Positions 39,710 through 49,312 of a stretch of DNA of 64,000 nucleotides are shown here, piece after piece (within the stretch, counting starts at the first letter, position 1; every line of letters starts with the position of its first letter). The stretch lies in assembly GCA_964291655.2 (NCBI GenBank), contig OZ219802.1, positions 480,001-544,000 of the forward strand. The letters run 5' to 3'. This stretch comes from Chloroflexota bacterium. Its GTDB lineage: Bacteria > Chloroflexota > UBA11872 > VXOZ01. The notes beneath the pieces were generated by a model. That model was not told where the DNA came from, searched no databases, and was given only the letters and a program-made list of their open reading frames with translations. The translations under genes were made by a program, and so were the position numbers.

Positions 39710-41068
39710 GTGAGTACATCACTGCAGGCTGGCGCAGCCACGGCGAATATCACCCCATGGCTTGGCATCGAGGTTCCGGGAGGCCATCGCACGCGCTACG
39801 CCGAAGACGTCGACGACGAGCTCCTCGCGAAAGCGCTAGTTATCGACAACGGTGAAATGCGCATTGCGCTTGTCACGTGCGACCTCATCGTGATGCCCCA
39901 AGGAATGGCGGACCGGGCCAAAGAACGCATTGCCGCGCGCTGTGACATTCCTCCCGAAAACGTCATGATCAATGCCACGCATACCCATACGGCCGCCGGG
40001 GTTGCCGATCTCCTCGGTACGGGCGAGGACAAGGCGTATGTCGAGTGGGCGCCGCTCAAAATGGCGGATGCCGTGGAAATTGCCACGCAACATTTGCGGA
40101 CTGCGCGTGTTGGTTTTGCCACAGCCCATGAGGACCGCATTTCGTTCAACCGCCGCTGGCATATGCGTGACGGTACGGTGCGCATGAATCCCGGCGCGGG
40201 AAATCCCGATCTTGTTAAGCCTACCTATCCCATAGACCCTGAAGTCACTATGCTTTACGTGGAAGGGACTGACGGCCGCCCCATCGCCGCCGTTTCTAAT
40301 TTCGTGCTGCACTACGTTGGCACGGACAACGGAACCGCTATATCCGCCGACTACTTTGGGCACTTCCACCGGCTGATTCAACGCTACCTCGATCCGCAGT
40401 GTGTCGGTATGCTCTGGAACGGCACCTCAGGCGACATCAATAACCAGGACTACAGCGGCGAGCGCCAATGGACTGCAAGCGGTCACACCCAAGCCATCAA
40501 AATGGCAAACGTGTTGGCCGGCCACCTCATCACCGAGATCCAGCTCATGGAGATGCAGGACGAATTGGTGCTAGGGGCGGCAGTGGGCACGTTTGACTTC
40601 CAGCGCAAGGACATTACGGACGAGGACCTTGCCATGGCTGAGAAGATTCTCGCCGTGCCTGCGGGAACGTACAATGACTATGATTCAGGGCCGTTTAGCT
40701 GGGTGGTCGGCCAGCCGTTGCCGCATCCGCTTTCGGATGTCTACGCGGCTGAATGCCAGCGCTTGGCGCAAATGCCGCTCACGCACACCGCGCCGGTGCA
40801 AGCCCTGCGGCTCGGCGACGCCTCCATCGTGGCCTTGCCCGGTGAAATCTTTGTCGAATTCGGCCTAAACATTAAGCAGCAGTCCCCCGCGTCTCCGCAG
40901 TTCGTCGTGAGCCTGGCCAACGGCTATATTGGCTACGTCTGCACGGACAAAGCCCTGACCGAGCACGGCGGCTACGAGACCTGGGCGGGATACTCGTCTC
41001 TGGGCGGGGTCGGTACCGGGCCTGCCATGGAGCAATGCGCCCTGGAGCTTCTCGGCCGGCTTTTCTAG
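39710..41068 (+). CDS. neutral ceramidase N-terminal-like hypothetical hydrolase, copy 2
   Basis: Same motifs as 37125-38480 (ATHTHTA, FNRRW, SADY, GTSGDIN, LPGEIF). SD AAGGAG before GTG 39710. Confidence 0.75.
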   Translation: MSTSLQAGAATANITPWLGIEVPGGHRTRYAEDVDDELLAKALVIDNGEMRIALVTCDLIVMPQGMADRAKERIAARCDIPPENVMINATHTHTAAGVADLLGTGEDKAYVEWAPLKMADAVEIATQHLRTARVGFATAHEDRISFNRRWHMRDGTVRMNPGAGNPDLVKPTYPIDPEVTMLYVEGTDGRPIAAVSNFVLHYVGTDNGTAISADYFGHFHRLIQRYLDPQCVGMLWNGTSGDINNQDYSGERQWTASGHTQAIKMANVLAGHLITEIQLMEMQDELVLGAAVGTFDFQRKDITDEDLAMAEKILAVPAGTYNDYDSGPFSWVVGQPLPHPLSDVYAAECQRLAQMPLTHTAPVQALRLGDASIVALPGEIFVEFGLNIKQQSPASPQFVVSLANGYIGYVCTDKALTEHGGYETWAGYSSLGGVGTGPAMEQCALELLGRLF

Positions 41069-41239
41069 CCACAGAGCTTGCAAGCGCCTGCCGCCAAACC
41101 GCGCCACATGCTGGATGTGCTGTGCCACACACTCCCAAGACTTCCCACGGCGAAACCGTTTGCAAACTATGTGCTGGATAGCTAGTTTAGAATGCACGTT
41201 AACAACCATAGAATTATTTCACCGCACTGAGAGGAGTGT

Positions 41240-42334
41240 GTGAACGTGAACGAAAGCAAAATTCGCATGGCCGTAGTCGGATGCGGCGGCATTAGTACCG
41301 GTCACATCAATGCCTATGCCCGCATGAGTGAAGCCGTTGAGTTGGCCTACTGCGTGGACATCGACGAAGAAAAGGCCAAAGCCGAGGCGGAGCGCACGGG
41401 TTCAAAGTGGTCGACGGACTATGACTCGATCCTCGATGAGGTAGATGCTGTCGATATTTGCACGCCGCCGCATCTACATGCCGCAATGAGCCTGGCCGCC
41501 ATGCATCGCAGTAAGCACGTCCTCACGGAGAAAGTCATGGCGACGACGCTTGAGGACGCGGACGAGATGATTCGCGTGGCCGACGAAAAGGACGTCAAGT
41601 TGATGGTGGCGTATGTGACGCGCTACCAGCCCATCTGGCAGAAACTCAACGAGCTGGTGACCGGCGGTGAGTACGGTCAGCCGTACATGGTGCAGGTACG
41701 CACCGAAGACAACATGGCAAATCCGGCAGGGTGGCGCAAGTCGTGGAAGACCTTTCCCATGGGCTGCCTGCTCAGCCACGGTTGCCATTATGTCGATCAA
41801 ATGGTCTGGAACCTCGGCGACGTGGTGCAAGCTACGTGCCTGAGCGACGATCGCTTCCGCAAGGACACCCTTGGCCGTGAGGATACGGCAGTCTCCATCT
41901 ACCGCTTTGCCAGCGGCGCATTGGGCAACTACGTAGCGTCATGGGGCACCAAGCACAGCGACTGCCATCTGCGCTTCGCGGTTTACCTTGAAGGCGGCGA
42001 GCTGATCCTCAGCTACGATCCTGATGGCGTCCGCCGCTTGATGCTCTGGCAAGCCGGCGACAAGGAAGGCACGCTCCTGGTTGAAGATGACCCGAGCAAG
42101 GCCGACCTCATGGATGCCTTCAGCGCGCGCAAGAACTTCGCCGGCGAATGCGAGCACTTTATCGACTGCATCGTAAACGATAAGACCCCGCTTACCGACG
42201 GCGTCGAGTCGAAGAAGTCGATGGAGGCCATTATCGCCGCCTACCACGGTGAAGACTACGGCATAATCGCCGATTTGCCCCTTGAGAACGTGCGGCCCCA
42301 GCTGGTCTGGCGTAGGACGGACGAGGTCTGGTAG
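41240..42334 (+). CDS. Gfo/Idh/MocA family oxidoreductase
   Basis: VVGCGGI, ICTPPHLH, KHVLTEK, HGCHYVD. SD GAGGAG. Confidence 0.9.
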   Translation: MNVNESKIRMAVVGCGGISTGHINAYARMSEAVELAYCVDIDEEKAKAEAERTGSKWSTDYDSILDEVDAVDICTPPHLHAAMSLAAMHRSKHVLTEKVMATTLEDADEMIRVADEKDVKLMVAYVTRYQPIWQKLNELVTGGEYGQPYMVQVRTEDNMANPAGWRKSWKTFPMGCLLSHGCHYVDQMVWNLGDVVQATCLSDDRFRKDTLGREDTAVSIYRFASGALGNYVASWGTKHSDCHLRFAVYLEGGELILSYDPDGVRRLMLWQAGDKEGTLLVEDDPSKADLMDAFSARKNFAGECEHFIDCIVNDKTPLTDGVESKKSMEAIIAAYHGEDYGIIADLPLENVRPQLVWRRTDEVW

Positions 42335-42348
42335 AGCACGGCATTTTG

Positions 42349-42539
42349 GTAGGGGCGGTTCGCGAACCGCCCCTACGTGCAATACACACTCCCAGCAGTC
42401 TATGCATCGCGAATACGGTAGGGGCACGACATGTCGTGCCCCTACATATCTCGACCGATCAAGTCATATCGGCAATCAGCACCCGACCATGCTCAAAATC
42501 TGACAGCCAACGTAGGGGCGGTTCGCGAACCGCCCCTAC
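42349..42539. repeat. cluster of three perfect 28-bp GTAG-type REP palindromes
   Basis: GTAGGGGCGGTTCGCGAACCGCCCCTAC at 42349 and 42512; GTAGGGGCACGACATGTCGTGCCCCTAC at 42418. Confidence 0.9.
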
Positions 42540-42576
42540 GCAGGCACCCAATTCTAACGCAGTTGGCCATAGCTGT

Positions 42577-43836
42577 TCACACCAGCGGGTCGAGAATGCT
42601 CTCGTATCCGGGCACAAAGAGGCGTTGATAGGTCCGTTCCGCCTGAAAGTCGGTCATTGTAGCAATATAGTCGCAGGCCACGCGCCGACGCTGAGCATCG
42701 TCTCTGGCCGCGGCAAAACTATCCTGAAACTCCAGGGGATACATGGCCGCGCTCGCCTCATCCTGAAAGACGGCAAAAAGCCGTTCGACCATGTGGCGAG
42801 CTCTGTAGGCCAGCGTTGTCACCCGAGGTTCGGCAAACACCAAGACAAAGGCGACCTGCTTGAGCACTTCGCAGCGCCGTTCCTGAGCGTCCGGGACCAT
42901 GAGGCCGTAGCGATATCGCTCCGACTGGCCGTCTGTCCATCCCAACCGGGGCGCGCCCTGAGCGCAGCGTACAAACTCGTTGATCAAGCCTGAGGTCAAG
43001 CCCTTGAGCGCGGCACGCGCGTGCCGCGGCGTGGGCAATCCTTCCAACTCGATCAGGCGGGCAGCCAGCCAGTCTAGTTCTCGCACTACATCATCAGGCG
43101 ACCATGCGTGTCCGCGTTCCTCGGCACTTTCCCGCACGCGTTGAATGACCGCATCTTGGTTCGAAGGCCGCCGCAGGTGTTGCAACGTAATCATCCCGAC
43201 GTGAATACCGTCTTCCAGATCGTGCGCTGAATACGCCACATCATCGGCCCAATTCATGATCTGGCACTCAAATGAACGCTCCACCGGCGAGCCGTTTGCG
43301 CAGACCCACGCGAGCAAGGGCGCATCCTCGGCGTAGCAGGACTTGCTCAGATTGGGTTGCGAGCCGTGGAGCGCTTTGTACTTCAGGAGACCATCCAATA
43401 CGCTGCGGGTGAGATTGAGGCCCACGTAGCGGTCCGATTTCACTTCGAGCTGGGTGAGAACACGCAAGTTTTGCGCGTTCGCCTCAAAGCTGCCATGCGC
43501 TGCCATACCTGCACGCAAGACTTGCTCACCGTAATGGCCGAACGGTGGATGACCGATGTCGTGAGCCAGGCAAATCGCTTCCACCAACGTCGAATCAACG
43601 CCTAACCGCATCGCCAGCCCTTTGCCGATTTGGGCCACCTCCAATGAATGGGTTAGCCGGGTGCGAAAGAAATCGCCGTACCGCACGCCGAACACCTGCG
43701 TCTTGCCTTGCAGCCGCCGGAAAGCGGCGCTGTGAATTATGCGGGCGCGGTCGCGTTCGAACTCTTCGCGCTCGTCGGCGACCTTGGCTTCTTCAGGCCG
43801 GAAGCGCTCCCGGTCATGTGGCGTGTAAGTAAACAC
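42577..43836 (-). CDS. dgt: dGTP triphosphohydrolase (HD family)
   Basis: RDRARIIHS.AFRRLQGKTQV, RLTHSLEV, HDIGHPPFGH, ADDVAYS.HDLED. GTG start with SD GGAG. Confidence 0.92.
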   Translation of the reverse strand: MFTYTPHDRERFRPEEAKVADEREEFERDRARIIHSAAFRRLQGKTQVFGVRYGDFFRTRLTHSLEVAQIGKGLAMRLGVDSTLVEAICLAHDIGHPPFGHYGEQVLRAGMAAHGSFEANAQNLRVLTQLEVKSDRYVGLNLTRSVLDGLLKYKALHGSQPNLSKSCYAEDAPLLAWVCANGSPVERSFECQIMNWADDVAYSAHDLEDGIHVGMITLQHLRRPSNQDAVIQRVRESAEERGHAWSPDDVVRELDWLAARLIELEGLPTPRHARAALKGLTSGLINEFVRCAQGAPRLGWTDGQSERYRYGLMVPDAQERRCEVLKQVAFVLVFAEPRVTTLAYRARHMVERLFAVFQDEASAAMYPLEFQDSFAAARDDAQRRRVACDYIATMTDFQAERTYQRLFVPGYESILDPLV

Positions 43837-44391
43837 GATTCTCCACTTCAGCGAGGCAAAATGAAAGGGCTGCTTGCGTACAGAGGCCGCCTCGCCCAAT
43901 ACGTCTACCTTAGACTGAAGGCGCGGCACCCACAAGCACGGGGCAGGTGCCCGAGTCTCACGTCTTGCCGGCGCCGGAAGCGGCGTCTCTGTGCCTCTGC
44001 ATTGCGGTCAATCCATCCGGCAGGTCCGCGGAGGCTAGGCACCCATGGCTGAAAATGCGGGCGCTTCATTGGTATGTCAGCAAGGTCGCTGCAAAAAGTG
44101 TGGAAACCGTAAGACAACCCAGCGCGTTGCGGCATGCACCCAGTAGCAGAGTCTTACCAATCATCCGCAGCGGCTCGTGATCCTGCGCGACTTCTGCTTT
44201 GCAGACATGGGCCGGCGCTTGGCTCGAGACTCCTATTCATGTGCTGCGCGAGATGAGTTGAGTTGCTCTGTCGCCCCTCACAGCCGGAGTCACGCAACTC
44301 TCATCTGCCAATGACTTTTTGCGAGATCCCGTTGCTACCCAGCAGACGGGAAGGCCGCGTGGCAGCACTCGAAATGGGATCGGAAAAGAGT

Positions 44392-44420
44392 TTGACAGCC
44401 GCTCCAACTCCCCGTACCCT
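44392..44420 (+). promoter_or_regulatory. sigma70-type promoter for the symporter gene
   Basis: TTGACA-N17-TACCCT. Confidence 0.5.
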
Positions 44421-44469
44421 ATACACATCTTTTCGTGATACAACGTAGTACAAGGAAAGAGGAAATGCC

Positions 44470-45984
44470 GTGTCACAGTTAGACCAATCGCTCCTCATAT
44501 TCTTCATTGTCTATGTCTTAGTAGTCATAGGGATTTCGCTTTACCGCACCAACCAAACGCAAGAGATGGCGGACCACGTGCTTGCAGGCAGGCGTGTGGG
44601 CGCAATCACAACCGGTCTGAGCGCGAGCTCGTCATTGGAGCGCGGTTGGGCGCTGTTTATACTGCCCGCGATTGCCTTCGGTTTGCGCTTTTTGGTAGTG
44701 GGAATGGCAATCGCGATTATTCTCGGCTTGTGGGCAACCTGGAAGTTGATCGGGCCCCGGCTGCGCCGCTTTACATACGCTGCTCAAAATGCGCTCACTC
44801 TGCCGGAATTCTTGGAGCGGCGCTTCAATGACCGCACCGGTGTCTTACGCGTACTTGCGGCCATCCTAACGCTGCTGTTCGTACTATTCTATGTGAGCGC
44901 GGGTATCATGGCCGGCGGCATTCTCTTCAGTATTGCGTTCGGTGTGAGCACCACAGTTGGTGGACTCATAACAGTACTCGTCGTGCTGGCATACATTTTC
45001 ATCGGTGGCTACGTGGTGGTCGCGCGCACGGATGTCTTTCAAAGCCTCATTACGTTGCTTGGCGTGGTGGTCCTGGCCGTCGCCGTGTACGTGGTCACTG
45101 ACAACCCGACTGCAGGCATTGCAGACTCCTTCGGCGATACCTTCGGTACCATTGGCGATAGAGTAAATGTATTCCTCTTTGTGCTCTTTTTGGTGGCAAC
45201 AGTGCAAGGAGCGTTTGGCGCGCAGCGGCTGTTGCAGCGCTTCATGGCAGCCGAGAGCGAAGCCATCATGGATACCAGTCGCCGGCTAAGCACGCTATGG
45301 ATCTTCATCATCTTTGCCTTCAGCGTCGTTCTCGGACTTTTCGCCGAGAACGCCTTGCCGCAAGGGGGAATTCGCCTGGTTTTGTCCGGCGGTTCTGCCA
45401 GTGAGAATGGGATTCAGTTCTTCTACTGGTTGGCTGATCTCATTGATAGTCCCATCCTGGGCGCTATTGCCCTCACCGCCGTTGTCGCTGCGGTGATGAG
45501 CACGATCGACTCGCAGATGCTCATTGGCGCAAGTGTCGCCACTTCCGACCTGCCGCTCGTACGCAGGTATGCGCAGCGCAAGCGCTTTGAATTCGTCCTA
45601 GGCGCTTACATGCGTGTCTGGATTGGACGCCTGATGCTGATTCTCATCGGTGTCGCGGCCTGGCTGCTCGCATTGAGCCAGCCCAACTCAATCGTCACCT
45701 TTTTGGTTTATGCCTGGTTGGGCACGAGCTGTACGTTCGGGCCGGTAGTCTTTCTATCACTCTTTTGGCGCCGGTTCAACCTCTATGGCGCAATGGCCGC
45801 GCTCTTTGCCGGCGGGCTCTTGACCCTGGTGTGTGCGTTCATGGATGTCAGGTTCATCGTCTTTGGCGTACTTACGCTCGGCATATTGCCGATAGCCGTG
45901 CTGTTCACGCTCGTAACCAAAGCTCCGTCTGCCAAGGTGCAAGAAGCGTTTGATCAAGGCATAGCCAAGACCGAGGCCGCATAG
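44470..45984 (+). CDS. sodium:solute symporter (SSS, PutP-like, divergent)
   Basis: LAGRRVG, LTLPEFLERRF, GGY..V..TDVFQ, AAVMSTIDSQ, FGPVV.LSLFWRR; about 13 TM. Confidence 0.85.
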   Translation: MSQLDQSLLIFFIVYVLVVIGISLYRTNQTQEMADHVLAGRRVGAITTGLSASSSLERGWALFILPAIAFGLRFLVVGMAIAIILGLWATWKLIGPRLRRFTYAAQNALTLPEFLERRFNDRTGVLRVLAAILTLLFVLFYVSAGIMAGGILFSIAFGVSTTVGGLITVLVVLAYIFIGGYVVVARTDVFQSLITLLGVVVLAVAVYVVTDNPTAGIADSFGDTFGTIGDRVNVFLFVLFLVATVQGAFGAQRLLQRFMAAESEAIMDTSRRLSTLWIFIIFAFSVVLGLFAENALPQGGIRLVLSGGSASENGIQFFYWLADLIDSPILGAIALTAVVAAVMSTIDSQMLIGASVATSDLPLVRRYAQRKRFEFVLGAYMRVWIGRLMLILIGVAAWLLALSQPNSIVTFLVYAWLGTSCTFGPVVFLSLFWRRFNLYGAMAALFAGGLLTLVCAFMDVRFIVFGVLTLGILPIAVLFTLVTKAPSAKVQEAFDQGIAKTEAA

Positions 45985-46366
45985 GCACGCACAGAGACAA
46001 TCTCCCACTAGGGCAAGACGAGTTTTCCCTCGTGTGCGCTGGCAGCGGATGCAAAGATCCGAGGGCGCAGGGCATTTGCCAAGACTTGGCACCCCGACTG
46101 CCTCCTGGCACAGCGGCGAACGTGGTCTCTGCCCCGTTACCGTGGCAGCGCTTGCAGTACCTGAGGCAGCCGCGCTGGTCGAATAGACCATGAATCGGAA
46201 AACACACACAGAGTGCGCGGAGCGAGACATTCGGCTCGTGTGCTTTGCTTTCCTTAATCCTGGAACATGGTCAACCACGCACCCAGGCACTTCAAGCCCC
46301 TCTTGTCTGCTATTGTATTCACAACCAGCAGGTCCCAAACCGCAAAGCGCAGAAACGAGGTAGCAG

Positions 46367-47287
46367 ATGCAATCGGTTTCAGCAGGCCAAGCGATTGCGA
46401 TCGCTTGGAATCAAGAATTAGCCGAAGCCCCTTGGACTAAACGTGACTCGATGGGCTGGGCCGTCTTCCAAGACAAGATGTGGTTCCTGGGCGGCTTTAT
46501 CCCCACTCGAGTCAATGACGTCTGGTCGTCTGGCGACGGCGTCAATTGGGAAGAGGTGACGCCCGCCGCGCCTTGGCCCAAGCGCAACCTGCCCTGTACG
46601 CTCGTTTACGCTGACAAGCTCTGGATCTTCGCCGGTGCGGATAACCCGCACGTCTCACTTAGCGATGTCTGGTGTTCGGGCGACGGCAAGCATTGGGAGG
46701 CCGCAACGCTAGACGCGCCGTGGGGCAAACGGAGTGCCGCTTCAGCAGTCGTATTCGACGGCAGAATGTGGCTATTCGGCGGATTCGACATCGAGAAGTC
46801 TCACCACTATCAGGACGTTTGGACCTCGACCGACGGCAAGCACTGGGACCTGGTGGAAGAGCACGCGCCATGGAGCGCCCGCAGCATGCAGACCTCCGTC
46901 GTCTTCAATGACAAGATGTGGTTCATGGGCGGCGGTGTATACAACACGAACTACCCCAATAACACCGTTGTCAACCACAACGACGTCTGGTGTACGACCG
47001 ACGGCACATCGTGGGATATGGTGGCAGTGACCGCAGCCTGGCAGGAGCGGCGCTTCCACGCATCCGCCGTGTATGACGACAAGATGTGGGTCATCGGGGG
47101 CCACCATAACGGCAACCGCAACGACGTGTGGTTCTCCCCGGACGGCGCGCAGTGGACGGAAGCCGTGGGCGACCCCATCTGGCCCATTCGCCACGCGCCG
47201 GTCTGCCTCACATACCGCGACAAGCTGTGGGTGATAGGCGGCTTTGGCGACACCCTCTACAACGACGTGTGGTCATACCAGCGGTAA
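46367..47287 (+). CDS. Kelch-like beta-propeller protein
   Basis: Six repeats of APW..R....VF..KMW..GG....NDVW.S.DG..W. Confidence 0.8.
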   Translation: MQSVSAGQAIAIAWNQELAEAPWTKRDSMGWAVFQDKMWFLGGFIPTRVNDVWSSGDGVNWEEVTPAAPWPKRNLPCTLVYADKLWIFAGADNPHVSLSDVWCSGDGKHWEAATLDAPWGKRSAASAVVFDGRMWLFGGFDIEKSHHYQDVWTSTDGKHWDLVEEHAPWSARSMQTSVVFNDKMWFMGGGVYNTNYPNNTVVNHNDVWCTTDGTSWDMVAVTAAWQERRFHASAVYDDKMWVIGGHHNGNRNDVWFSPDGAQWTEAVGDPIWPIRHAPVCLTYRDKLWVIGGFGDTLYNDVWSYQR

Positions 47288-47292
47288 GACCC

Positions 47293-49092
47293 ATGAGAAT
47301 CACTGCCGGCCCCTACCTGCAGAATGTGGCGAGGGACGCCATCACAATCATGTGGCAGACCGACGAGCCCGCCACGTCCCTTGTGGAATACGAGAAGAGC
47401 GCCAGACTTGGCTGGAGCGCCTATGCTGGCAGACCGCAGCCAACGTATCCGTGCCGCGAGGCAGACCACGCACTGCGCACGGTTCACGCCGTGCGTCTCA
47501 CGGGCTTGGAGCCCGAACAGGGCTACTTCTACCGGGTCTCTTCCTCTTTCCCCGAAGACCTTTGCGAAACTCAGCCAAGAAGCCGCAACCAAGCGAGCGC
47601 TGCGCCATCCACTCCCTCTCTCTCGGGCGCGCCGTCCACTCCCTCTCCCCCGGGCACGCCGTCCACTCCCTCTCCCTGGGGAGAGGGCCGGGGTGAGGGG
47701 GTCTCCTCCCCTGCCGGCCGGGAGTATGCGAATCGCTCTCCCGGTAGCGTAACAGTCACCTCAGCCGGCGCCAGCTTTCGCACGGCCGTGCGCGAGGACT
47801 CGCCTTTCTCCTTCGCCACCTACGGCGACAGTCTGCGCGTCAATGACGCCCACCGCCGCAATGCCGACCTTGCCCGCGCCTATCGGGCGGACATCTGTGT
47901 CGGCGCCGGAGACCATGCTCAGGATGAGATAGCGCGCTTTGGCGACTTCTTCGCCTGTACAGAAAACCTGCTGCCGTACGCCCCGTGGTTCGCGGCGATG
48001 GGAAATCACGACTCGCCCAATGAAGGGTACTTTCGTTATTTCAATTTTCCAGAACCCCACTATTGGTATTCCTTCAACTACGGCGCGGCGCACTTCACTG
48101 TGCTCAATAGCAACATGGACTACCGGCCGGGCTCCGAGCAGTGGCACTGGCTGGAGCACGACCTCAAGACCTTTCAGAATGCGCGCTGGAAGTTCGTCGT
48201 TTTCCATCATCCGCCGTTTTGTTCGAACAACTGCGAGATTCCGGCGACCCGTGTGCTCTGCCCCTTGTTCGAACGCTACGGCGTGGATATCGTCTACACC
48301 GCCCATGCGACGATTTACGAGCGGTTTCATCCGCTGCGCAATGGGCAGTACGCCAGCCAGGGCGGCGTTGTCTATTTCGTGTCCGGCGGCGGCGGCTACG
48401 ACATGAGGCTGTCGCCAAGCGAACTCTGGGACCACCTGCACCCCGTCTCTGCGCTGGCAAAGCCCACGAACCATATTCTGCTGACCTCGGTGGCGCCCGA
48501 TGAGTGTCAGGTACGTGCCATAGATTCCGTTGGCAATCTGTTCGACACACTGACATTGAGCAAACCTGAAGCGGCGCTCGCTCCACTTCCTGCCGCCAGC
48601 CCACAGTATTCCTTCCCCGATCTCCCTCCAGCAGGCACAGTGGTCGCCGGCATGACGGAAGGGGCGGCGCGCTGGATATTGCCGCGAAACCAATTCTCAC
48701 GCGATACGGCGACGACACGCTCCAGTGAACAAAGCATTCGCTGGCACCGGTCCGGTGAAGCACCCGTTGTCCCGGCGATTCGCCGCGTGCTCAAGGACGA
48801 CGGCAAGCTCTTGGCAGATGCTGCCGGCAAGCGCTACGCGCTCGAAGCCTGGGTGCGCACAGAAGATGTGCGCGGCGGCATGACAATCTCGCTTGAGTGG
48901 AGCGGCGACATGGGGTTCATTGATCGCGTGCAATCGCAACCACTTACCGGGACGCATGGTTGGACGCGACTCCAGGTTTGCACGCCGCCCTTACCACCTT
49001 ATGTCTACTGCTGCCGCGTCGTGCTCTCAGCTCAGCCTGGTTCTGCGGGTACTGCCTGGTTCGATAACATCACCGTGGAGGAACTCGACTAG
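47293..49092 (+). CDS. purple-acid-phosphatase-like metallophosphoesterase (FN3 + metallophos + C-terminal CBM-like domain)
   Basis: GPYLQ..IMWQTD, H.V.LTGLEP...Y.YRV, YGD, AGD, GNHD, FHHP, YER, VSGGGG; C-terminal AWVRT..GTHGW..GTAWFDNI. Confidence 0.85.
   Translation: MRITAGPYLQNVARDAITIMWQTDEPATSLVEYEKSARLGWSAYAGRPQPTYPCREADHALRTVHAVRLTGLEPEQGYFYRVSSSFPEDLCETQPRSRNQASAAPSTPSLSGAPSTPSPPGTPSTPSPWGEGRGEGVSSPAGREYANRSPGSVTVTSAGASFRTAVREDSPFSFATYGDSLRVNDAHRRNADLARAYRADICVGAGDHAQDEIARFGDFFACTENLLPYAPWFAAMGNHDSPNEGYFRYFNFPEPHYWYSFNYGAAHFTVLNSNMDYRPGSEQWHWLEHDLKTFQNARWKFVVFHHPPFCSNNCEIPATRVLCPLFERYGVDIVYTAHATIYERFHPLRNGQYASQGGVVYFVSGGGGYDMRLSPSELWDHLHPVSALAKPTNHILLTSVAPDECQVRAIDSVGNLFDTLTLSKPEAALAPLPAASPQYSFPDLPPAGTVVAGMTEGAARWILPRNQFSRDTATTRSSEQSIRWHRSGEAPVVPAIRRVLKDDGKLLADAAGKRYALEAWVRTEDVRGGMTISLEWSGDMGFIDRVQSQPLTGTHGWTRLQVCTPPLPPYVYCCRVVLSAQPGSAGTAWFDNITVEELD
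47555..47739 (+). mobile_element. MITE-like palindromic element inserted in frame in the phosphoesterase gene
   Basis: Flanked by a CCCG direct repeat (47551-54, 47740-43), with imperfect terminal IRs, an internal 3x27-bp repeat and CCCTCTCCCTGGGGAGAGGGCCGGGGTGAGGG. Net insertion 189 bp. Confidence 0.65.
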
Positions 49093-49283
49093 AACTTTCT
49101 CTGCCTCATGAATAGTGCGCTCTCTTGGATTCATTGCCCCCTGCGAACAGTGGAAGACTCTACTTTAGCGGCTGACTGGAGTGTCCATTGGCGCAAACGC
49201 AAGCCTTTAGCCCCGGCCAGAATGCTGTTTCCGTCCTTAGAATCAGCGATTTTTCTTCGAATGCTGAGCCGTAGAGAGCAGTA

Positions 49284-49312
49284 TTGACGACGAAAACTCC
49301 TTGTGCGATACT
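49284..49312 (+). promoter_or_regulatory. sigma70-type promoter for the solute-binding protein gene
   Basis: TTGACG-N17-GATACT with an extended TG. Confidence 0.45.

Noticed and set aside
42349-42539. 28-bp repeats with spacers as a mini CRISPR array
   Set aside because: The repeats are perfect palindromes of two types, spacers are unequal (41 and 66 nt), no cas genes are present, and a dispersed copy exists elsewhere; this fits REPs.
47128-47292. Upstream extension of the phosphoesterase ORF
   Set aside because: It overlaps the Kelch gene; family-like sequence begins at MRITAGPYLQ (47293).
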